DNA of 64,000 nt from Cyanidioschyzon merolae (taxonomy: Eukaryota). Positions 56,846 through 64,000 of this stretch are shown piece after piece (position 1 is the stretch's first letter; each line of letters begins with the position of its first letter). Under the pieces are notes generated by a model. It had not been told where the DNA came from. It saw only the letters and a list, made by a program, of their open reading frames with translations, and searched no databases. The translations under genes and the position numbers were made by a program. The stretch is taken from the NCBI GenBank assembly GCA_000091205.1, contig AP006489.2; one strand, 5' to 3'.

Positions 56846-56900
56846 AAAAATACCGCCAGTAACGGTACCAGCATCGAATACCGCACGCCGTATTTGCAGT

Positions 56901-57443
56901 TTAGCTGACAGGCCCGTAGGCGTGATCGAACGATGTCTCGTGATCGTGCTCTATTCGGTGCAGTGAGTCGAGAGGTTTCGGTCGATAGATTGCACGGGCA
57001 GTCGCTGTTTCCTCCACTGTTACAGCAGATAAACAAGGAATAGAAGGTTTCAGCTTCCGATACGCCCAGTACGCAATATACTCAGCAGTTGGCGCGTCTG
57101 TCTCTAAGGTCTCGTTCAAGTGCTGGTGATCAAGAAACTTTTCCACAAGAGGGCGAACGACGGCTGCGATCTCGTCAAAGTCCATGACCATGCCTTTCTT
57201 GGGACCAGAGGTCACCAGCGCCTCCGTCGATACTTCCACAACCAGCACGTACGAGTGACCGTGTAATCGACTGCACTTCGAGTCGTGGTGTTGTAGACAA
57301 TGGGATGCCTCGAAGGGGAACCGCTTCTCCAGAATAAACATGGCTGATGTTGCGTTCACCGCTGACCCAGCAGGCCTCAGAACACTTTCTCGCACCAGCG
57401 GCTGAAGCGCGTTCCCGGTTGACAGGGAAGCAGCGCACGCCAT
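56901..57443 (-). CDS. queD: 6-carboxy-5,6,7,8-tetrahydropterin synthase QueD (bacterial PTPS-I type), with N-terminal extension
   Basis: 'FILEKRFPFEASHCLQHHDSKCSRLHGHSYVLVVEV...GMVMDFDEIAAVVRPLVEKFLDHQHLNE...EYIAYWAYRKLKPSIPCLSAVTVEETATARAIYRP' is near-collinear with E. coli QueD '[37 protein letters not shown]...[27 protein letters not shown]...[36 protein letters not shown]'. The Cys-x3-His-Gly-His spacing is the QueD type, not the C-x5-HGH of animal PTPS. The true start is possibly the Met at about 57341. Confidence 0.8.
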   Translation of the reverse strand: MACAASLSTGNALQPLVRESVLRPAGSAVNATSAMFILEKRFPFEASHCLQHHDSKCSRLHGHSYVLVVEVSTEALVTSGPKKGMVMDFDEIAAVVRPLVEKFLDHQHLNETLETDAPTAEYIAYWAYRKLKPSIPCLSAVTVEETATARAIYRPKPLDSLHRIEHDHETSFDHAYGPVS

Positions 57444-58290
57444 GAGTCGAGGCTGGCGAAGGCGACCCGACGCCGGGCCGCTACGCAGCTCGGGGGGAGT
57501 AAAGCGACGCCCCGTCGTTGTCGGTATCTTTATGGACGAAGCGTCAGACCCCGAGGCAAGACTCTACACATGGGTCTATGAAAAGGCTCCGAAACTTCTA
57601 TTGCCCACAAATGTGACGGTAAACCGTCTCGAGGAGACGAGCGCCGTAGCCTCGTCAACAGCGCTGAATGCCTTCGTAGCCGGGGCGCTTGGCTCCGACG
57701 AGCCTGTCTCCAGTCGCCTCGCAGACCGCGTTTTGCTTCTGGGCAATCCCTCTAAGCATACGCGCAGGCGGGAGAGTGTTCTTGGTGGACAGAAAAGGCG
57801 TCGGTTGAAACCGAGTCGGCAGAGGCGGCAGGTGCAGCCGCTTACCGCTCGAGAGCGACGCAGACTCGGGTTGTATAAGCTGGACAAGCGCATTCCTTAC
57901 GCAGAGGTGCAACCACTGGCGCAGCTCTGGCTGGAGTACGCACAGTCCATGATCCCCGTGCAACAGCTCGACCGACTGCGGCAGCAGGAGCGAGAAGCAG
58001 TGCTCGACCGCCTTCTTCGGCTGGACTGGCACGGGGCCAGCATCACAGTGCACCAGAGCGCTGCCCCGGAGCGCGTCGGTGTTCACGGCATTGTTATTCA
58101 GGAGACTGAACAGACATTTAAAATCGTGTCGCCTGACTCTCGATTGCGTGTTCTGCCCAAGCTATCGACGGTGTTCACGGTGGACCTCAGCGACGACTGG
58201 GTGCTGGTTCTCTGCGGTGATGCCTTGCGAGTGCGGAGCGCGGAACGGTCCGTACGGAAACCGAAACGAAAAGCGCTGCTTCTTGTTTGA
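57442..58290 (+). CDS. POP4: RNase P/MRP protein subunit Rpp29 (POP4)
   Basis: The C-terminal Rpp29 fold 'LDWHGASITVHQSAAPERVGVHGIVIQETEQTFKIVSPDSRLRVLPKLSTVFTVDL.DDWVLVLCGDALRVRSAERSVRK' matches L.G..i.V..S....lvG..GIVv.ET.nTF.I.t.dn....iPK..svF.f.....i.G..l..Rp.eR. A basic N-terminal region is present. Confidence 0.7.
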   Translation: MSRGWRRRPDAGPLRSSGGVKRRPVVVGIFMDEASDPEARLYTWVYEKAPKLLLPTNVTVNRLEETSAVASSTALNAFVAGALGSDEPVSSRLADRVLLLGNPSKHTRRRESVLGGQKRRRLKPSRQRRQVQPLTARERRRLGLYKLDKRIPYAEVQPLAQLWLEYAQSMIPVQQLDRLRQQEREAVLDRLLRLDWHGASITVHQSAAPERVGVHGIVIQETEQTFKIVSPDSRLRVLPKLSTVFTVDLSDDWVLVLCGDALRVRSAERSVRKPKRKALLLV

Positions 58291-58349
58291 TGAGAGTTTT
58301 CCGCGAAACGGGCAAACAGCGCGCTATTTCGAAAAGGACACTCGTTCTG

Positions 58350-59411
58350 TCAAGTTTGGGATCGGTCCTCGGTTGACATCGGCGGCGACTCGAGGCGCCC
58401 TGCTCCAGTTGCGCGCCTCTGCGACCCAACGTAGACAGCTTTGCCCGAACTTGTCATCATGTAGTTGGGATCAAAGATCAGACCTTTGGGAAGAATGAGT
58501 TCCCGGTAGGCACTAGAGCACTGGTACCCGACACGATGCGGGATGTGGCTTGCAAACAGACCCCATTTGTCACCGCAGCCGTACTGGCGCGCTACGGCCA
58601 TGAACCTGTCGAGCTCCTCGGGACTCCAGTCACCGAACCACTGCTCTTCTCCGGGCTCGTTGTGGCGATAAAAATAGGCATTAGGGTTCTTCTGAAGACT
58701 TCGTCGGGCGATCTCTTTCGCACTGAGTGTCACCCGTGTCGAGCTCGTACCCTTCGTCGTTCCGAGCGGGTTGCGCACCGAAAACCGCCCGCCCCCGTTT
58801 GAGTTCCAGGCCTCTGCCGCATTCGAGGCAATGGACCAGCGTGCGGCTACCTCGGGGTTCACCCAGCCTCGGTAGTGGCCATCCACACGCAGGGGCTCAG
58901 GCGCATCTGCGGGCAAGGGTGCAACCTCTGTGAAATAGCGCTGGATCTCATATAGCTCATCGAAGACACCGCTCAAGATCTCATTTCGGGACGTCGAATC
59001 GGAGTTTCCGCTGTTTGTTCCGTCTTCCGTGGAACGAATGAGTTCAACTGGCCCATTCGACACGGGGCAGTCTTCTTCCCGAAAGCGTTTGCGTTCCGAC
59101 CGACGCAGTGGTTTCTGCGGAGTTGAGGTGCATTTTGGATCCCTTTCCGGCACTCGCTTTCTCACCCTTGATAATGTCGAGTTTTTCTTCTGATCAACGG
59201 ACGCGCTGAGCTCGACTGGGCCCAGCGCTTGCCGTGCTTCTGCGTTTTGTTGCTTTAGTGGATCCGTGCCGCTCTCGAACGTCTTTGACCAAATTTGTTG
59301 CAAAAATATACGGTTCCTTTCGAGCCGTTTTAGCCTCTCGAGTTCGTAAGTTGAAGCATAGCGCTCTGTTTCAGAGGAGTTTATGTCGACGTCATCGTTT
59401 AAAGCCAGCAT
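58350..59411 (-). CDS. Myb/SANT-domain protein
   Basis: 'WSPEELDRFMAVARQYGCGDKWGLFASHIPHRVGYQCSSAYRELI' fits the Myb/SANT repeat (W..eE...l...v..yG...W..ia..ip.Rt..qc..ry). The rest is low complexity and basic. Confidence 0.5.
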   Translation of the reverse strand: MLALNDDVDINSSETERYASTYELERLKRLERNRIFLQQIWSKTFESGTDPLKQQNAEARQALGPVELSASVDQKKNSTLSRVRKRVPERDPKCTSTPQKPLRRSERKRFREEDCPVSNGPVELIRSTEDGTNSGNSDSTSRNEILSGVFDELYEIQRYFTEVAPLPADAPEPLRVDGHYRGWVNPEVAARWSIASNAAEAWNSNGGGRFSVRNPLGTTKGTSSTRVTLSAKEIARRSLQKNPNAYFYRHNEPGEEQWFGDWSPEELDRFMAVARQYGCGDKWGLFASHIPHRVGYQCSSAYRELILPKGLIFDPNYMMTSSGKAVYVGSQRRATGAGRLESPPMSTEDRSQT

Positions 59412-59712
59412 TGCGGTGTCACGTGTACACCGTTACCAGCGGCGAGCTCGTACCGGACGCCTCAGTCTTTTGCGAGCGGTGCCCTGACGAGCGCGCAGCG
59501 CATCTCCCGCCAAGCAGCGGCGGTAACGGCTGGATCGGGGCTTGACGCTGTTCTTATCACAATGATGTACTTATCTGTACTTTTCCTTCCTATACGGACA
59601 CGCGCTGCTTCGCACGGCACACTCAGAGACGATGCGCGACGCGCCAGTCGACATTGCCGGCGTTTTCGCTCCGAGGAGGTCTGTTCCTCTACGAGCCTGT
59701 CGCTAAACAACG

Positions 59713-60402
59713 ATGCGGTCCGCCTATGCAGCAAATCTACTTTTACTCATTTTCTCATTTTGGTTCATGCTAGGCGTTTGCGGGGTTCACGCCTGGAACT
59801 TCCGCATGGATCCAGAGGTAGACCCCGAGCGCGTCTGCTTTTTGGCGTCCGTGAAAGGTGGACGGGAGGTCCAGGGTTTCTTCGAGGTCCTGCTTTCGCC
59901 GGACTCGGACGCCCCTGCAGCCGTGGGGTTTACCATCACAGGGCCAGTGGTAGACTCGAAGCAACCAGAGAAAGCTAGAGGTCCCGAGCTCGTCCGTCTG
60001 GTGGAGGTTTCGGCACCTTTCGTGTTCGCTGCACCGAGCGACGGCGAGTATGAGCTCTGCTTCCACTACGGGGAAGAGAAGAAAGCACGAGATATTGCGT
60101 TTTTCTACGACCTTGGTGACGCAGAGGATGAGGTGTCGGAACTTCTGCGTGACGCAGTGAAACAAGATAAGCATCTGGAGCCCCTGCAGCATAGGGCAGT
60201 TTCGATCATGCACGAGCTGCGTAACGTACGGATAGCGCAGATGCGAATGCGAGAACGCATTCGCCAAAATCTTCGTATGCTGCAAGAGCGTAAGCGATCC
60301 GTCATGTGGATGACGTTGTTGGAGCTTTTGACTGTGGTTGCAGCGTGCACCTTGGAGGTAGTTTTCGTGAAGCAGAAGCTCGATACTCGGCGCATATTTT
60401 GA
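59713..60402 (+). CDS. p24/emp24/gp25L (TMED) family cargo receptor
   Basis: A signal peptide 'LLLLIFSFWFMLGVCGVHA'. A GOLD domain 'FRMDPEVDPERVCFLASVKGGREVQGFFEVL...GEYELCFHY'. A coiled coil 'HELRNVRIAQMRMRERIRQNLRMLQ'. A TM 'WMTLLELLTVVAACTLEVVFV' and a short basic tail 'KQKLDTRRIF'. This is the canonical p24 layout. Confidence 0.8.
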   Translation: MRSAYAANLLLLIFSFWFMLGVCGVHAWNFRMDPEVDPERVCFLASVKGGREVQGFFEVLLSPDSDAPAAVGFTITGPVVDSKQPEKARGPELVRLVEVSAPFVFAAPSDGEYELCFHYGEEKKARDIAFFYDLGDAEDEVSELLRDAVKQDKHLEPLQHRAVSIMHELRNVRIAQMRMRERIRQNLRMLQERKRSVMWMTLLELLTVVAACTLEVVFVKQKLDTRRIF

Positions 60403-61272
60403 GCGAATGCATCGTCTCCGGTATGGAACGGCGCTGGTTCTGTGAATAACGCGTCAGACAGCGTCTGCAGCGGGGCTCACTGCCGACACCCTCCAGCATG
60501 CCGTACTGTTACGCGGTCGCTAGCGCAACGCCAGCAGCTGTGCGCCTGTGTCACCGAGACTTTTAGGTTCCATAAACAATCCACGCGCACTGGACACGGG
60601 ATTGCGCGAGAAAGACTTGAACTGAGTAACCATCTGTTTGAGCCTCGGTTCGGAAGGAGACGATCCACGCGCCGCTCGACTCTGATAGGCAATATGACCG
60701 TAATAGGCATCTCCATTAGGCTTTACGTCCAGATGAAACGAGGGCACGAACCGAGGTACGCCTGCCGGACTCGCTATTGTTCTTCTATACGACACACAAG
60801 CCTGCTTGTCATTCCTCGTCGAGGCATACCGCTTCGGGAGCACACACATAGAGTGACACACAGATGCCTGAGATGGATCCATGTCTGGGGGTTTGGCGGC
60901 TCGCGGTATCATTGGTGAAGCAACGACGGATCGACGACATCGCCTGCCACCGCGACTGCCGTGACCCAGGCGCGAGCCGGTGACCCAGGAGAGCGCCTGC
61001 TCGACACATGGCCCGGCTTCGGGTGCGAGCGGGAGCTCGATTGGAGGCTTCTGTCACTGGTACGCATCATTGCTTTGCTTGTTAGCCGCTTTTCCTGGGG
61101 TGTACGATGAATGCGTCTGATCGGGTTCCCCAGGATGTTTTTGTTTTTGCGCGCCGACGATTACCCGGAAATGTACCGCCGATAAAGCGACACACAACGC
61201 CTCCAGCGCTGAAAACGCACCCTTTGGCATCATACTGCACCCCAAGAGCTGATGCATGCGCTCTCTGGAAAA

Positions 61273-61395
61273 CGCATGCCTAAAGTGCTGCACGATATTC
61301 ATGGTATCGAGATGTATGAACGCTCGATCATCGTTCTGCATGATATTCATGGTGTCGAGATTTATGAACGCTTGATCATCGTTCTGCACGATATC
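61273..61395. repeat. 48-bp tandem repeat (~2.5 units), each unit carrying two short hairpins
   Basis: 'TGCACGATATTCATGGTATCGAGATGTATGAACGCTCGATCATCGTTC' then 'TGCATGATATTCATGGTGTCGAGATTTATGAACGCTTGATCATCGTTC' then 'TGCACGATATCCATGGCGTCGAG'. The stems are CGATA/TATCG and GAACG/CGTTC. Confidence 0.7.
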
Positions 61396-62111
61396 CATGG
61401 CGTCGAGTAGCACGAGCGCTTGCGTGCCGCATGCTGCTACCGCACTGGGGGCTATGGATGTGCGTAGACGCCAGGTGGAGTTTCAGCGAATGCCTCCATG
61501 CCCATTGTAGGGAGTATCGGGCGAGGACTCTGGCCAGCCCGGCTCGTTCAGGTCGCTGGACAGTCCCGGTGCGCTGCCAATGTGCTCAAGTGGCTCGCTA
61601 CGCGCCTTCCCATAAGATGTCGTCCGGCCGTGTACCGCCTCAACGCACAGCGACTTGATCACTGAGCACAGAACGTTTCATGGCTGGGTGTCGGCGTTGC
61701 GTCCGCGTCGTCTACGGACGCCAGATCGTTTCTGACTCGTGATCGCGGACGAGTATGCAGTGCCCACTACAAAATCGTTTATCAGAATGTCTCTCTCTAT
61801 ATATTTCCAGAATTACGGTTGCCAAGGGTCGCCAGCTCGACGGTAAAGATACTGTCTGAGCCGACCCCTTCGCAGTAGTTTTATTCACACGTCGGTTATA
61901 AACATAAAAGCGTCATCACGTGAGCTGCCTTGAGCTGAATCCAAGTAGCATCGCACAGCAAGCGCTTTGCTTGGATAATTTCGAATGCACCGCTGGGGGG
62001 AGTAGTGCTCGTTGCGCGCTCCGCGTAGGTTCACGCAACAACGCATGCGCGACAAGCGCTTTCCGCAGCCGGACTCTGCAAACGTGCAGAAACGGTGCCG
62101 AAGAGGCGCAC

Positions 62112-63626
62112 TTACCGTGCTGGTGCGTCACCACCGCCATGATTCACGCAACGCTTCGCATCTGGTCGTGTTCGTTTCGTTGGTGTCAGCGTTGGACCCA
62201 GCTTTTGTTGATCTCTATAATTTCCGCCTTTGTGCAGCGTCAAGAGAAAATCACGAATGGCAGCCGCTTCGTCCACCTCCAGATGGGTGAAATGGGATTG
62301 AACTTCGTGCACCAGCTGGGCACGGCTCACATCCGAGCGCAGTGGAAGCCCAAATCGTTTTGAATATCGACGCAATGCCTTCGCATTGAGCCGACTGATC
62401 GTCACCCCAAGGGACCCGCCCGCATTGGGGTGAAACTCAAGTGAATCTGCCCCAGGCGACTCGGGGCATCGCATCAACGTGGCCGCTTCCGCTGGGGGCC
62501 AGTCCTGGCGAGATACAGCGGCCCCAGGACCCAGCACCTCCGGACGCTGGACTTGTTGCGATGGCTCCGTACCGTATCGCCAGTGCTCGCCATGTTGCGC
62601 AGACGGCATAGGAGGTGCACAACTGGTCAGATCTTCGGGACTCGTCCAGGAAAGCTTCGCTCGATTCAGCACCGGTGACCCAAGCAAAGGTTTCGTCATC
62701 GGCGAGCAGTGGAGTCCGTGGTTCGGCGTCACCGCGCTAAACGTCGGCGAAGAAGGATTCGTATCCAAAGGGTCTCGGCCCGTTCTAGGGCGCGAGCGCT
62801 CGCGCTTAAGCTTCAAACCCGGGGCTGTCTCTACGAAAACGGCCCCTGTAGGGATATCGATAGCCTGGATAGCGTTCCGCTGAACACGAATCCGTCGACC
62901 ATCGTCGAGACAGATCACGTGCCAGCCTCCGATGGGTGCTCCGCTTTCAATGGAACCCTCTAGACCGATCCACTTTGGTTTGGTCCGATTGTTGCCGATG
63001 ATGCGCACACGCGTGCCCTGTGGCAGAAGGGCGTCGTCCGGGTCCGGCTTCTCGCTCGGAAGCGCGTACGTTTTTTCGGGCGACTTGGGGCAGTCAATAC
63101 CCTCCAGCCCAGAGTCATGAGTCTGGGTGTCTGTTTCATTTCGCTGCAGTAGCCGAGCACTGGCCCCAGCGAGGCACCGTGAATGCGCCTCTGCGTCGAG
63201 TCGCGCCTCTGCGGCTACGCTCGGCGTCGTCTGCTCCTGTTTCTCTACATCTTGCAGCGCTTTGGGGGCTGCTGTCCCAAAATCAGTCACGAAGGTATCT
63301 TCGGCGTGCTTCATGGTTTCTTCTGACGTCACTGGACGCGTACTAGTCATCGTTTCACGCAGCACCGGAGCCGCACCGGCGCGTTCACGCCGGCGCGCCG
63401 ACGCACAGTTTGTGTTAGGCGACTTTCTCTCCTCCAAAGTACCGCCGGAACTCATTATCTCCATTCTTCCGTTGCATTCTGGGTGCAAAGTGAAATAACT
63501 TGGGGGACCTCTTTGCGGTCTGTACACTACAGCGGTGTCGTCCAGCACAGACATGCCAGGAATGATCGCATGAAACGCGAATCTCGACCGAAGCCGTTCG
63601 AGATTGGATGCGCGCGCGCGCAGCAC
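62112..63626 (-). CDS. SAP30-like domain protein (Sin3/HDAC complex-associated), N-terminal extent uncertain
   Basis: The C-terminal 'LNAKALRRYSKRFGLPLRSDVSRAQLVHEVQSHFTHLEVDEAAAIRDFL' matches the SAP30 C-terminal domain 'LRRYKRHYKLQTRPGFNKAQLAETVSRHFRNIPVNEKETLAYFI'. The upstream part is Ser/Pro/Arg-rich. Confidence 0.45.
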   Translation of the reverse strand: MLRARASNLERLRSRFAFHAIIPGMSVLDDTAVVYRPQRGPPSYFTLHPECNGRMEIMSSGGTLEERKSPNTNCASARRRERAGAAPVLRETMTSTRPVTSEETMKHAEDTFVTDFGTAAPKALQDVEKQEQTTPSVAAEARLDAEAHSRCLAGASARLLQRNETDTQTHDSGLEGIDCPKSPEKTYALPSEKPDPDDALLPQGTRVRIIGNNRTKPKWIGLEGSIESGAPIGGWHVICLDDGRRIRVQRNAIQAIDIPTGAVFVETAPGLKLKRERSRPRTGRDPLDTNPSSPTFSAVTPNHGLHCSPMTKPLLGSPVLNRAKLSWTSPEDLTSCAPPMPSAQHGEHWRYGTEPSQQVQRPEVLGPGAAVSRQDWPPAEAATLMRCPESPGADSLEFHPNAGGSLGVTISRLNAKALRRYSKRFGLPLRSDVSRAQLVHEVQSHFTHLEVDEAAAIRDFLLTLHKGGNYRDQQKLGPTLTPTKRTRPDAKRCVNHGGGDAPAR

Positions 63627-64000
63627 GTCACGGCTTCTGTCGTTGTTTCCTCTCCAAATTTAAATTCTTACTGGCGCTTCGCTTGCTAGAGGCAAGCCAT
63701 GTACCTTGCGAACGCTTTTCGTCGCTCTGCCAGTAAAAATAGCGAGGCCTTTACAGGGTCTGCTTTGGTAGGAACTGGAAAATTGAAGCAGGGTTGGGAG
63801 GGTTCCTATCCTGGGACGCCACTGGGGCCGAAAACTCCACACACGCCGATGCTGCTTGATCACACCGGCTGCCTGACGCTGAGCCAGACCCACGAGTACT
63901 CTGAGAAAAGAGAAGCTTCCGAGCGGCTTGGTAGTGAACAGGGTTTCGGGGCGGATACTTCGGCTTTGAATTCGGGGAAAGAGACTCTTCCCCAGGAGGC

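Noticed and set aside
56494-57036. 180-aa minus-strand ORF with a poly-Leu/Met/Val tract
   Set aside because: It is produced by reading through the (CAT/CAC/CAG)n trinucleotide tract at 56690-56845, and it overlaps the QueD C-terminus. It is a low-complexity artefact.
1-64000. Initial suspicion of a prokaryotic or viral contig (raised by the bacterial-type QueD, QueF, P19 and TnpB-like motifs)
   Set aside because: The window is dominated by unmistakably eukaryotic genes (NDC80, ERCC1, TRAPPC3, RPN5, Rpp29, p24, PP2A B''). It has large intergenic spacers, and no operon-like packing or Shine-Dalgarno context. The bacterial-type genes are embedded among these.

Overview
This 64-kb window is from an intron-poor, moderately GC-rich eukaryotic nuclear genome. 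Long uninterrupted ORFs lie on both strands, separated by kilobase-scale intergenic DNA. I could not tell whether the organism is alga-like or protist-like. About 25 genes can be recognised from conserved motifs: ANTH/AP180-like clathrin adaptor, ABC1/ADCK kinase, DUF760 protein, NDC80/HEC1, ERCC1, an LRR plus PP2A-B''-type EF-hand protein, a secreted sulfotransferase-like protein, TRAPPC3/Bet3, aminomethyltransferase GcvT, an acid-sphingomyelinase-like phosphoesterase, a ferric-reductase/NOX with an odd insertion, a GNAT acetyltransferase, a P19/Tp34-type iron-binding protein, RPN5/PSMD12, Rpp29/POP4, a Myb/SANT protein, a p24/TMED cargo receptor and a SAP30-like protein. Three things stand out. 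(1) A gene-poor island at about 16-24.5 kb is full of relics of RNA-guided-nuclease-like (TnpB/Fanzor-type, RuvC-II 'DE..TS' plus RuvC-III 'NRDxNAAxNI') genes. Its centre is a near-perfect ~2.2-kb palindrome (22333-24513) whose two ~970-bp arms each encode the same compact 242-aa RuvC-like protein, around a tandem-repeat core. (2) A convergent pair of bacterial-type queuosine-precursor genes sits inside this eukaryotic locus: QueF preQ0 reductase and QueD/6-carboxytetrahydropterin synthase, the latter almost collinear with E. coli QueD. Both carry N-terminal extensions. (3) A dispersed ~0.55-0.95-kb repeat family has four same-orientation copies in the intergenic DNA. Several tandem repeats containing palindromes are also present. 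Note that the supplied ORF track uses ATG, GTG and TTG as starts, so several listed starts, including the 242-aa ORF's TTG, are probably not the true initiators.
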